Below, one piece after another: positions 10,989 through 20,206 of a stretch of 64,000 nt of DNA (within the stretch, counting starts at the first letter, position 1; every line of letters starts with the position of its first letter). Made by a program: the position numbers and the translations under genes. The notes beneath the pieces were generated by a model. It searched no databases. It saw only the letters and a list, made by a program, of their open reading frames with translations, and was not told the origin of the DNA. The stretch is from an uncultured Eubacteriales bacterium (GTDB lineage Bacteria > Bacillota > Clostridia > TANB77 > UBA1234): positions 521 to 64,520 of the forward strand of contig CAZEVD010000003.1 of assembly GCA_964515475.1 (NCBI GenBank), given 5' to 3'.

Positions 10989-12797
10989 TTATTCATCGTC
11001 TAACTTCAAGATAGAAAGGAATGCTTCTTGTGGAACTTCTACAGTACCGAACTGACGCATCTTCTTTTTACCTTCTTTTTGTTTTTCAAGTAATTTCTTC
11101 TTACGTGTTATATCTCCACCATAACATTTAGCAAGTACATCTTTACGCATAGCAGAGATTGTTTCTCTTGCAATTACTTTACCTCCAATAGAAGCTTGAA
11201 TAGGAATTTCAAACATTTGTCTTGGAATAGTAGTCTTAAGTTTTTCAGCCATTTTTCTTCCGCGTCCATACGCTTTATCTTTATGAACAATCATTGAGAA
11301 AGCATCAACTAAATCTCCATTAAGCATAATATCTAATTTAACAAGATCAGATTGTTGATATCCGATAATCTCATAATCAAATGATGCATATCCTTTAGTA
11401 CGAGATTTAAGTGCATCAAAGAAATCATAAATGATTTCATTAAGTGGCATCTCATAACATAAAATTACTCTAGTTTCATCTAAGTATTTCATATCTTTAT
11501 AAACACCACGTCTATCTTGGCATAATTCCATAATGTTACCTACATATTGTTTTGGAAGCATTATATCTGCTTTAACAATAGGTTCTTGCATCTTAGATAT
11601 TTCTTGTGCAGATGGCAAATCTGTTGGATTATATAAATCAAACTCTTCACCATTTGTTTTAGTAACTTTATAAATAACACTTGGAGATGTTGTAATAACA
11701 TTTAAATCATATTCTCTATCTATTCTTTCTTGGATAATTTCCATGTGAAGTAATCCTAAGAATCCACATCTAAAACCAAATCCTAATGCGACTGAAGTTT
11801 CTGGTTCCCAGAATAATGAAGCATCATTTAGCGAAAGTTTTTCTAGTGCGGCTTTTAAATTTTCATAGTCACTTCCATCTGCAGGATAAACACCACAATA
11901 TACCATTGGTACAATTTTTTTATATCCTGGAAGAGGGTCACTTGCAGGTTTTGTATTTAATGTAATAGTATCACCAACATTAATGTCAGATACATTTTTA
12001 ATACTTGCTGCAACATATCCAACTTCACCAGCTTCTAATTTATCTACTGCATTATATGTACCAGCTCCAAAATATCCAACTTCTGATACAGTATATGTTT
12101 TTCCTGTTGCCATAAATTTAATTTCATCGCCAACTTTAATTGAGCCATCTTTAACTCTTATAAATGCAATAGCACCTTTATAGTTGTCATAGTAAGAGTC
12201 AAAAATCAAAGCTTTAGTAGGAGCATTTACATCTCCACTTGGTGCAGGAATATCTGTAACAATCTTTTCTAAGACTTGATCAATATTTAAACCTGTTTTT
12301 GCAGAAACTCTAGGAGCATCTTCAGCAGGAATACCAATAACATTTTCAATTTCATTTATAACGTTTTCTGGATCAGCATTTGGCAAATCAACTTTATTAA
12401 TAACAGGAACAATTTCTAAGTTATTATCTAAAGCTAGATAAACGTTAGCTAATGTTTGAGCCTCAACACCTTGTGAAGCATCAACAACTAATATTGCGCC
12501 TTCACACGCAGCTAAACTTCTTGAAACTTCATAAGTAAAGTCAACATGTCCCGGTGTATCTATTAAATTTAAAACATATTCTTGACCGTCTTTAGCTTTA
12601 TATGTTGTACGAACTGATTGAAGTTTAATTGTTATACCTCTTTCACGCTCTAAATCCATATTATCAAGCACTTGCTCTTGCATTTCTCTCTTTGTAAGAG
12701 CCCCTGTAGCTTCTATAAGTCTATCTGCTAATGTAGACTTTCCATGGTCTATATGTGCAATTATACAAAAATTTCTAATATTCTTCTCGTTAGCCAC
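10989..12797 (-). CDS. lepA: Elongation factor 4 (LepA)
   Basis: GTPase motifs AHIDHGKST and DTPGHVDF. 602 aa. LepA-specific C-terminal domain. Confidence 0.95.
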   Translation of the reverse strand: MANEKNIRNFCIIAHIDHGKSTLADRLIEATGALTKREMQEQVLDNMDLERERGITIKLQSVRTTYKAKDGQEYVLNLIDTPGHVDFTYEVSRSLAACEGAILVVDASQGVEAQTLANVYLALDNNLEIVPVINKVDLPNADPENVINEIENVIGIPAEDAPRVSAKTGLNIDQVLEKIVTDIPAPSGDVNAPTKALIFDSYYDNYKGAIAFIRVKDGSIKVGDEIKFMATGKTYTVSEVGYFGAGTYNAVDKLEAGEVGYVAASIKNVSDINVGDTITLNTKPASDPLPGYKKIVPMVYCGVYPADGSDYENLKAALEKLSLNDASLFWEPETSVALGFGFRCGFLGLLHMEIIQERIDREYDLNVITTSPSVIYKVTKTNGEEFDLYNPTDLPSAQEISKMQEPIVKADIMLPKQYVGNIMELCQDRRGVYKDMKYLDETRVILCYEMPLNEIIYDFFDALKSRTKGYASFDYEIIGYQQSDLVKLDIMLNGDLVDAFSMIVHKDKAYGRGRKMAEKLKTTIPRQMFEIPIQASIGGKVIARETISAMRKDVLAKCYGGDITRKKKLLEKQKEGKKKMRQFGTVEVPQEAFLSILKLDDE

Positions 12798-12931
12798 TTA
12801 TTTTAAGCCTCCTTTAACCACATAATAATATACCAAAATGGCTAAAAAGTAAACAAATACTGGTAAAAAAAGCCCTATTGAAGAGGGATATTTTTTGTAT
12901 TAAAATAATTGCTAAATAAGGAGTGATAAAA

Positions 12932-13582
12932 ATGTCATCTTTTTGGCTAAAAATACTTGGCATAATCTTAATGGCAATCGACCATATAGGACTTATGTTT
13001 TTTCCAACAGAATTAATTTTTAGAGCACTTGGAAGAATTGCATTTCCAATCTTCGCATTTCAAATAACACAAGGCTTTAAATATACTAAAAGTAAAGAAA
13101 AATATATGTTCAAGTTGCTATTATTCACAGTAATTTCGCAATTACCATATTGGTTTTTCTTAAAAACAGCGATTCCAGAAAACGAATTTATGATAAATGT
13201 TGGCGCAACGCTAACTTTAGGTGCTTTGTGCTTATACGTTATGGATAAAATTCAAGTTTTACCAGTAAAAATAATTCTTGTTTCCCTACTTGTTTCAATG
13301 GGTTACTTTATACCTATGGATTACGGTTGGACCGGAATTGCAATGATTGTATTGTTTTATTTATTCGAAAAAAACACAATATTATTATCATCTACTTTCT
13401 TTTGCTTAATAATAATATATTGTGTAACACATCAATCGCCATTTGAATTACCAGCGATATTAGCGTTATTCCCAATCTTAATGTATAATGGAAAACAAGG
13501 TTTAAAAGTTAAAAATCTATTTTATATATTTTACCCTCTTCATTTCTTAATACTATTCGGAATAAAACTTTTAATTGGATAA
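12932..13582 (+). CDS. TraX-family protein
   Basis: ATG at 12932 lies 8 nt after an AAGGAG RBS. Polytopic membrane protein with a TraX-like N-terminus (WLKILGIILMAIDHIG). Confidence 0.7.
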   Translation: MSSFWLKILGIILMAIDHIGLMFFPTELIFRALGRIAFPIFAFQITQGFKYTKSKEKYMFKLLLFTVISQLPYWFFLKTAIPENEFMINVGATLTLGALCLYVMDKIQVLPVKIILVSLLVSMGYFIPMDYGWTGIAMIVLFYLFEKNTILLSSTFFCLIIIYCVTHQSPFELPAILALFPILMYNGKQGLKVKNLFYIFYPLHFLILFGIKLLIG

Positions 13583-13597
13583 CAAAAGGGACAGTCT

Positions 13598-13638
13598 TAA
13601 AAAAAACGAATCAATCAAATTGATTCGTTTTTTTAGGC
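13598..13638. terminator. Bidirectional terminator between traX-like gene and fba
   Basis: Perfect hairpin AAACGAATCAATCAAATTGATTCGTTT flanked by A8 and T7. Confidence 0.7.
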
Positions 13639-13656
13639 ATGTCCCTATCTTTTTTC

Positions 13657-14586
13657 TTAAATTTTATCGTTGCAACCTAATACATCAACAATTTTATGTT
13701 TAACCATTTCTTTGATAGCATCTCTGCCAGCACCTAAATATTTTCTAGGATCAAATTCGCTTGGTTCATTAACAAAGATTTCTCTAATTGCACTTGTCAT
13801 AGCAAGTCTTAAGTCTGTATCGATGTTTATTTTACAAACACCACGTCTAGCTGCTTCTCTAAGCATATCTTCTGGAACACCTTGTGCGCCAGGAATATTT
13901 CCACCATATTGATTACATTTAGCAACAAATTCTGGAATAACTGTAGAGGCTCCATGTAATACTATTGGGAATCTGGGAACATATGATGTGATTTTTTCTA
14001 AGATATCATATCTAAGTTTTGGTTCGCCTTTAAATTTATATGCACCATGGCTTGTGCCAATAGCAATAGCCAAAGAATCGCAACCTGTTCTTTGAATAAA
14101 CTCAACTGCTTGGTCTGGATCTGTATAAGAACTGTCTTCTGCACTTACTTTAACATCATCTTCCACACCAGCAAGCTTACCAAGTTCAGCTTCTACTACA
14201 ACTCCTCTTTCGTGAGCATAATCTACTACTTTTCTTGTAAGTTCTATATTATCTTCAAAATTATGTTGAGAACCATCTATCATTACTGAAGTAAATCCGC
14301 CATCGATACATTTTTTACAAATATCAAAATCTGCACCATGATCTAAGTGAATTGCTATAGGCAAATCTGTATCCTCAACAGCAGCTTGAATCAAATGCAT
14401 CAAATAGTTATGTTTAGCATATTTTCTGGCCCCTGCTGAAACTTGAAGAATAAGTGGACTATTTACTTCTTTTGCAGCTTCAGTAATACCTTGAATAATC
14501 TCCATATTATTTACGTTAAAAGCACCAATAGCATAACCGCCCTTAGCAGCTTTTTCAAACATTTCTTTTGTCGTAACAATACCCAT
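13657..14586 (-). CDS. fba: Class II fructose-bisphosphate aldolase
   Basis: Class II FBA/TBP aldolase signature (GGYAIGAFN, zinc-ligand His residues). 309 aa. Confidence 0.9.
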   Translation of the reverse strand: MGIVTTKEMFEKAAKGGYAIGAFNVNNMEIIQGITEAAKEVNSPLILQVSAGARKYAKHNYLMHLIQAAVEDTDLPIAIHLDHGADFDICKKCIDGGFTSVMIDGSQHNFEDNIELTRKVVDYAHERGVVVEAELGKLAGVEDDVKVSAEDSSYTDPDQAVEFIQRTGCDSLAIAIGTSHGAYKFKGEPKLRYDILEKITSYVPRFPIVLHGASTVIPEFVAKCNQYGGNIPGAQGVPEDMLREAARRGVCKINIDTDLRLAMTSAIREIFVNEPSEFDPRKYLGAGRDAIKEMVKHKIVDVLGCNDKI

Positions 14587-14687
14587 AATTTACACATCCC
14601 TCTTTCTTTTGTGCGAAAACTCGCAAATCTTTTTTACATATAAAACTCTATCACAAAATACAAAAATATCAAATAAAAAATAAAAAA

Positions 14688-14717
14688 TGTCCAAAAAAGG
14701 ACGTCCCCATTTGGACA
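14688..14717. repeat. 30-nt palindromic element TGTCCA-N5-GGACGTCCC-N4-TGGACA (copy 1)
   Basis: Near-identical architecture to copy 2 at 44391-44420. The internal GGACGTCC is itself palindromic. Lies upstream of the minus-strand fba promoter region. Confidence 0.6.
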
Positions 14718-14860
14718 AAAATGAAAAATTTTCTAATTATATATTTTTCATTTTTGATAATAATATTATTAGCACGATAAAGTTAATGTTATTCGAATTT
14801 AAATTGGTCAAAACTTAATTTTTATTTCGTGCTCAAGAAATTTATCGGAGTTGATTTAAA

Positions 14861-15022
14861 ATGGCAAAAATCAAATGTTCTGTATGTAGTTGTGCACACA
14901 ACGTCGCAGAAAAAAACGAATGCAATTTAAATGCAATTCAAGTATGTCCTTGCAAGAATTGTAAAACAGGTAGCCCTGAAGACGAAACTTGTTGCAGTTC
15001 ATATATAGAGACAAACAAATAA
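14861..15022 (+). CDS. DUF1540-family small cysteine-rich protein (53 aa)
   Basis: Not in the ORF track because it is shorter than 60 aa. MAKIKCSVCSCAHNVAEKNECNLNAIQVCPCKNCKTGSPEDETCCSSYIETNK shows the C-x2-C..C-x-C..CC spacing typical of DUF1540. Followed by the terminator at 15078. Confidence 0.6.
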   Translation: MAKIKCSVCSCAHNVAEKNECNLNAIQVCPCKNCKTGSPEDETCCSSYIETNK

Positions 15023-15077
15023 AATTCATTGGATATCCTTTATATAGCACGCCCCTTCGTGTTAAACTCCTATGAAT

Positions 15078-15115
15078 AAAAAAGCATCTGCTTGCTTAGC
15101 GCTTGCAGATGCTTT
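15078..15115. terminator. Bidirectional terminator between the DUF1540 gene and the UDPGP gene
   Basis: Hairpin AAGCATCTGC..GCAGATGCTT with flanking A and T runs. Confidence 0.7.
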
Positions 15116-15124
15116 TACTTTTTA

Positions 15125-16357
15125 CTATTCTCCAAAATAATCTGTATATAGTTTAATAGCTGTTTCAGGGCTATCTTGTCCTTCTTTATTTTTAATAGGT
15201 GCAAAATTTTTCTTTCTATCTACACTTAAAACAAGCATATCGTCTGCAAAACCAAAACCTTCAAAAATAAACATTTCAAATTTATAAGTATTTGGTTCTG
15301 CTCCAATAACTTCTCTTCCCATTTCATCGATATAATCATTTTTCTTTTTAGCTACATGATATGTAAGCCCTTGAGCAATTTCTTTTAAGAATGAAGTTTT
15401 GTACACAGCAAATCCATAATAAGATTCGCCATAAACAAGATTTCCATTTTCATCTCTAAGATTTGCCATTTCTTCTGTAATCTCAGTATATTCAACAACT
15501 CCTGGTTTTCCGTTAATTTTACAAGCAACGCCAACTTTTTCTTCTGGTGAAACTTTTGTAACAGACTTCATTGCTATATCTCTATTTTGTGCAACCATCA
15601 TACCTAAAAACATAGGTTCAAAGAAATCTATAAGGATGTTATCAACATTACCAATACCTAAATATTCGATTCCGTTTTCTTCAAGCTCCTCTAAAATATA
15701 ATTTTTCTTCAAAGCTTCATAAACACCACCATTGCCATCAGCAGCCATAAAAACTTTAGATTTTGATGCAAGTACAGGGTTTCCTTTTTGGCTTAAAAGT
15801 GGTAATTCACCTTGTTTGAAAAATGTTACATTTTCTCTACCATAGTTAAAGAAAATATTTTCTTCAAAAAAGTCTTTTGTTTCTTGATCATTATCTTCAG
15901 AAGTCATTATGTACCAATGAATTTTAACACCATATTTTTTGTGAACAGCTTTTAACTTATCTGCAAATATTTCAAAAATACTTTTTGGAACAGGTAGTTC
16001 AACCATAAAAGTACCTTTTGGACCTTTATGACCAAGTCTTGAACCTTGACCTCCGGCAAGTTGACAAACTGCAAGTTTTTTATTTTTTATAAGTTCTTCA
16101 CCAACAACTATGTATTTTTCTCTGTCTTCTTGCGAAACATCATCTTCTTTTACAAAAGGAATTGGTTCTATATTTTTTTCTCCATCTGGCAATACATTTC
16201 TGTTCAAATACAAAGATTTCATAAACCCAAAATCAATTTTTTCAATTTGAGCAAATAATTTTTCTTGTTCTTCAAAAGACAAATCCTTATAAAACTTTAA
16301 TAAATGCGTTGCATTGTTTCTTCTTAAATATTCATACATATCATCATAACTTTTCAT
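15125..16357 (-). CDS. UDPGP-family UDP-sugar pyrophosphorylase (UAP1/UDP-GlcNAc pyrophosphorylase-like)
   Basis: LAGGQGSRLG nucleotide-binding motif characteristic of the PF01704 UDPGP family. 410 aa. Confidence 0.75.
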   Translation of the reverse strand: MKSYDDMYEYLRRNNATHLLKFYKDLSFEEQEKLFAQIEKIDFGFMKSLYLNRNVLPDGEKNIEPIPFVKEDDVSQEDREKYIVVGEELIKNKKLAVCQLAGGQGSRLGHKGPKGTFMVELPVPKSIFEIFADKLKAVHKKYGVKIHWYIMTSEDNDQETKDFFEENIFFNYGRENVTFFKQGELPLLSQKGNPVLASKSKVFMAADGNGGVYEALKKNYILEELEENGIEYLGIGNVDNILIDFFEPMFLGMMVAQNRDIAMKSVTKVSPEEKVGVACKINGKPGVVEYTEITEEMANLRDENGNLVYGESYYGFAVYKTSFLKEIAQGLTYHVAKKKNDYIDEMGREVIGAEPNTYKFEMFIFEGFGFADDMLVLSVDRKKNFAPIKNKEGQDSPETAIKLYTDYFGE

Positions 16358-16377
16358 AAGATTACCTCCTATAACTT

Positions 16378-18075
16378 TTACATTTTTTCTGGTGTTTTAA
16401 TTCCTAGAATACTTAATCCGCTCTTAATTACATGACCAACAGATTTAGTAAGTGCAATTCTTGCCTTCTTAGTTTCTTCATCATCACAAATAATTTGGTG
16501 TTCATTGTAGAATCTACTAAAGCTTTGAGCAACATCAATAATATGTCTTGAAATAAGTGATGGTTCATTTTTGTTTACCGCACTTACAATTATATCTGGG
16601 TATTCAGATAATTTCTTAATAACTTCAATAGCTTCTTTATCTAATAATTTTGAAGCATCCACATTATCTATTTCTACATTCGCATTTCTTAAAATACTAT
16701 TTGTTCTTACATAAGTGTATTGAAGGTATGGACCTGTTTCTCCAGCAAAGTTTAATAATTGATTCCAATCAAAAATTTCATCTTTGATTCTATTGTTAGA
16801 TAAATCATTAAATATGATAGCTCCAACACCAACCATTTTAGCAACTTCTTCTTTGTTTTCCAAATCAGGATTTTTTTCTTCGATTATCTTTAAAGATTTT
16901 TCAATTGATTCATTTAAAATTTCTTCTAAAGTTAATAAAGCTCCACCTTTTCTTGAACCAATTTTTTCTCCGTTTTCATCTAAAATCAATCCAAAAGGAA
17001 TATGTTCACAAGTTTTTGCGTATTTTTCATATCCCATAAGCTCTAGTGTTTTAAATACTTGTTTGAAGTGTAATGATTGTTCACTACCTACAACATACAA
17101 AGCTTTTTCAAAGTTATAGTTATCTATTCTATATAACAATGCCGCTAAATCACGTGTTGCATAAATTGTTGTACCTGCAGATGTGATAATAATACATGGT
17201 GGCATGTCATCTGGCATTTCAACAACTTTTGCTCCCTCGCTATCTTTCAATAAACCTTTAGCATTAAGTTCATCTACAACTCTGTCCATCTTATCATTAT
17301 AGAATGCTTCACCATTAAAAGAATCAAATTCGCTTCCAAGTAAATCATAAACTTTTTGATAATTTTCTAAACTAATATCGATAATCCATTTCCAAAGCTT
17401 AGTAGTTTCTTCATCTTTATTTTCAAGTCTAATAAGAACTTCACGAGCTTTTTCTGTCATTGTTGGATCTTCTTTTTCAAGTTTATTAAATCTTACATAT
17501 ATAGCTAACACTGAAAGAATTGGATTTTCGTCAAATGAATATTCATCCTTCCACATCTCGTAACCAGCTATTGTTTTTGATATACCCATTCCCCAATCTC
17601 CTAAGTGGTTGATACCAATTACATTGTATCCAAGGAATTTATACATCTTGTATAACGCACCACCAATAACAGTAGTTCTTAAATGCCCAATATGGAATGG
17701 TTTTGCTATATTAGGTGATGAATAATCAATTACAATATTTTTACCAGCACCTAAATCACTACTACCATATAAATCTCCTTTTGTTAAAACTTCATCGATT
17801 ACATTCTTAACTAGTCCTTCTTTGCTAATAAAGAAGTTTAAGTAACCACCGGCTACATCTATTCTTTCGATTACTTCATCTGTAGTTAATTGTTCTTTTA
17901 ATTCTGCTGCAATTGCAGGTGGAGCTTTTCTTAATTCCTTTGCTAATTTAAAACAAGGAAAAGCAAAGTCTCCCATTTCTGGATTTGGAGGAATCTCAAT
18001 ATATCCTTCCAAATCGCTAACATTAACATTTGTAATAGCACTTATTTTTTTAGCGATTTCATTTTTGTAATTCAT
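16378..18075 (-). CDS. argS: Arginine--tRNA ligase
   Basis: Class I HIGH motif (PFHIGHLR), Arg-tRNA synthetase N-terminal domain and DALR anticodon-binding C-terminus. 565 aa. Confidence 0.95.
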   Translation of the reverse strand: MNYKNEIAKKISAITNVNVSDLEGYIEIPPNPEMGDFAFPCFKLAKELRKAPPAIAAELKEQLTTDEVIERIDVAGGYLNFFISKEGLVKNVIDEVLTKGDLYGSSDLGAGKNIVIDYSSPNIAKPFHIGHLRTTVIGGALYKMYKFLGYNVIGINHLGDWGMGISKTIAGYEMWKDEYSFDENPILSVLAIYVRFNKLEKEDPTMTEKAREVLIRLENKDEETTKLWKWIIDISLENYQKVYDLLGSEFDSFNGEAFYNDKMDRVVDELNAKGLLKDSEGAKVVEMPDDMPPCIIITSAGTTIYATRDLAALLYRIDNYNFEKALYVVGSEQSLHFKQVFKTLELMGYEKYAKTCEHIPFGLILDENGEKIGSRKGGALLTLEEILNESIEKSLKIIEEKNPDLENKEEVAKMVGVGAIIFNDLSNNRIKDEIFDWNQLLNFAGETGPYLQYTYVRTNSILRNANVEIDNVDASKLLDKEAIEVIKKLSEYPDIIVSAVNKNEPSLISRHIIDVAQSFSRFYNEHQIICDDEETKKARIALTKSVGHVIKSGLSILGIKTPEKM

Positions 18076-18087
18076 AATGTTCTCCTT

Positions 18088-19302
18088 TCAAATTGTATGA
18101 TTTTTAAGCCATTCAATTCGTTCATTTCTTAATTTTTCTTTTAATACTTTATATTCCATATCCTTTGGATAATTTTTTGCATTAACTGTTTCTAACATCT
18201 CTTCGCCCACATCGGCGAATCTAAGTGGCTTCGCCTTTGTATTATCCGCGTTAGCTAATATCTCTAAACCTTTTAAACCAATTGCTGATTTAGCTATTCT
18301 CTCTATAAAATCTACTTTAGTGGGAATTCGCATTTCATTAAATATCCCGGCTTTCATATGCTCCTTGCATGCCACAACGCCAACCTTTTCATAACTATTA
18401 GGGAACTTCAATCTTTTGCAAAACTCTTTAACCAAATTAACGCCTCGTTCTTCATGACCTAAATGTCTTGGAAGCATTTCTTTTGGCGTTGTTCCTTTTC
18501 CCAAATCATGCACTAGCGCAGCAAAAACTAATTCATCGCTATCCGTTTCAGTTGCTACTTTATCAAGTACAATCATCGTATGATTAAAAGCATCACCCTC
18601 TGGATGGTACTTTTCAGGTTGAGTTTTCCCAATCAAATTATAAATTTCTTTAAAATGTATATTAAGCGAATTACTCCTTCTTAATACTTTAAAAAACTCA
18701 CTAGGTTTTGATGATTTAAAAACTTTTACTAATTCTGTATATATACGTTCAACAGATAAAGTATCTAATTCGGAATTTATCTGCTTCATCAAATCAATTG
18801 TATTTTCTGAAACTTCAAAATTCAATTGTGCTGCAAATCTAGCAACTCGATACACTCTTAAAGGATCTTCTATAAACGCATTACTCGTTGCTCGAATAAT
18901 ATTGTTTTTAATATCTTCAATTCCTCTAAAAGGATCAATGTACTCTCCTGTTAGTACATCTTTTGCAATACTATTAATCGTAATATCTCTACGAAGTAAA
19001 TCTTCTTCAATAGTAATATTTTTATCTGCAATAACGTCAAAGCCTTTATGGCCTAATGAAGTTTTTATTTCTTTTCTGGCAAGTGCATATTCATTCCCGT
19101 TAATATTAAATACTGGAAATGATTTACCGTATGATAAAGCTTCCGGAAACAATTTTAAAACTTCCGTATTAGAAAGACCTACTATACAGTAATCATAATC
19201 ATTTATAGGTCTATTCATAATTTCATCACGTACGGCACCACCAACAAGATATAATCTACCACCATTATTCGCTATTAGATTTGCTATCTCTATTGGACTC
19301 AT
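18088..19302 (-). CDS. cca: CCA tRNA nucleotidyltransferase (polyA polymerase family with HD domain)
   Basis: YLVGGAVRD head motif and a downstream HD domain. Start taken at MSPIEI, preceded by a GGGGGTG RBS. Confidence 0.85.
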   Translation of the reverse strand: MSPIEIANLIANNGGRLYLVGGAVRDEIMNRPINDYDYCIVGLSNTEVLKLFPEALSYGKSFPVFNINGNEYALARKEIKTSLGHKGFDVIADKNITIEEDLLRRDITINSIAKDVLTGEYIDPFRGIEDIKNNIIRATSNAFIEDPLRVYRVARFAAQLNFEVSENTIDLMKQINSELDTLSVERIYTELVKVFKSSKPSEFFKVLRRSNSLNIHFKEIYNLIGKTQPEKYHPEGDAFNHTMIVLDKVATETDSDELVFAALVHDLGKGTTPKEMLPRHLGHEERGVNLVKEFCKRLKFPNSYEKVGVVACKEHMKAGIFNEMRIPTKVDFIERIAKSAIGLKGLEILANADNTKAKPLRFADVGEEMLETVNAKNYPKDMEYKVLKEKLRNERIEWLKNHTI

Positions 19303-19389
19303 TTTACGCACCCCCAAGCACGGTCAATTATATCATTTAAAGCCATTTTTTGCAATATTTTACTACTAATCATCCAAATATTGGAATAC

Positions 19390-19425
19390 AAAAAGAGATG
19401 CGCATCATAAATACGCATCTCTTTT
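19390..19425. terminator. Rho-independent terminator
   Basis: Hairpin AGAGATGCGCAT..ATACGCATCTCT with flanking A and T runs. Confidence 0.65.
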
Positions 19426-19436
19426 AACTTGTTTGC

Positions 19437-19988
19437 TTAATCAAGCCACACAATGTCTGAAAATTCCAGACCACACTTTTGATAAATCGCCTCGACTTCC
19501 GCTCTCGAAACATCCTCCACATACCAATTGAAATATTTCTGGTAAAGTTCACGATTTTTCTTAAAAAGAAGAACTCGGCCATCTACAGTAAAAAGATCGA
19601 TAACATTCTCGCCTTTTTCCACATCTCTGCTGAAACCAAAACGTTCCAAATTTAAAACGCCATCGAGCGTAGTTACAGATTTCATAGAACACGGATTGAT
19701 ATCAGGACGTTTCTCGATAAAATCAGTCAAATATGACAAAACTTTGAAACCATCTTCTCGACTCATCCCTTCTGGCATCTTAAAAGGATTGCAATACCAG
19801 AAAATAACACCAACGTTATCATCCGCACGACCAGAATATTCTTGAATCCGATGATAATTGACGTAATACAATCTGTAGACATCGCCCTCCGGAATAGGAT
19901 GATCTTCAAAATCTGCTTCAAATTCGTAATCTCTGCTCAACGGATCGCAAGACCGGAATCGTTCTTTTAATTTCTCAAAAAATTTCAT
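19437..19988 (-). CDS. Hypothetical protein (about 184 aa), GC content above the local background
   Basis: ATG at 19988 is preceded by a GGGGG RBS and the ORF has its own terminator. I recognise no family. Local GC looks roughly 40% against a background near 28%. Confidence 0.55.
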   Translation of the reverse strand: MKFFEKLKERFRSCDPLSRDYEFEADFEDHPIPEGDVYRLYYVNYHRIQEYSGRADDNVGVIFWYCNPFKMPEGMSREDGFKVLSYLTDFIEKRPDINPCSMKSVTTLDGVLNLERFGFSRDVEKGENVIDLFTVDGRVLLFKKNRELYQKYFNWYVEDVSRAEVEAIYQKCGLEFSDIVWLD

Positions 19989-20206
19989 ACATTTCCCCCT
20001 CAATTGAGTATTAAATACAAATATGACGAATATGCTATTTTAGGTTATTATATCATCATTCGTTATAAATACAAGCTTCAATGCCATTACCATATTTTGG
20101 ATAATTGACTTTTCACGCGGTTTAGAGTAACATATGTAATTGACTCTCTTTTGTGTTTATGAGCACAAGACGAGACGAAATTTACTTAACAAAGGAGTAA
20201 TGATAA

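Noticed and set aside
14688-14722. Palindromic element copy 1 as start of a 43-aa ORF (MSKKGRPHLDKNEKF...)
   Set aside because: There is no SD upstream (A-run only), and the homologous copy 2 reads MSKRGRP followed by a stop. The conservation is at DNA or RNA level, not coding.
20004-20206. CtsR operator upstream of clpE
   Set aside because: I looked for tandem A/GGTCAAA heptads (or the reverse TTTGACC-N3-TTTGACY). Only two isolated AATTGACT boxes about 35 bp apart are present, so I made no CtsR call.
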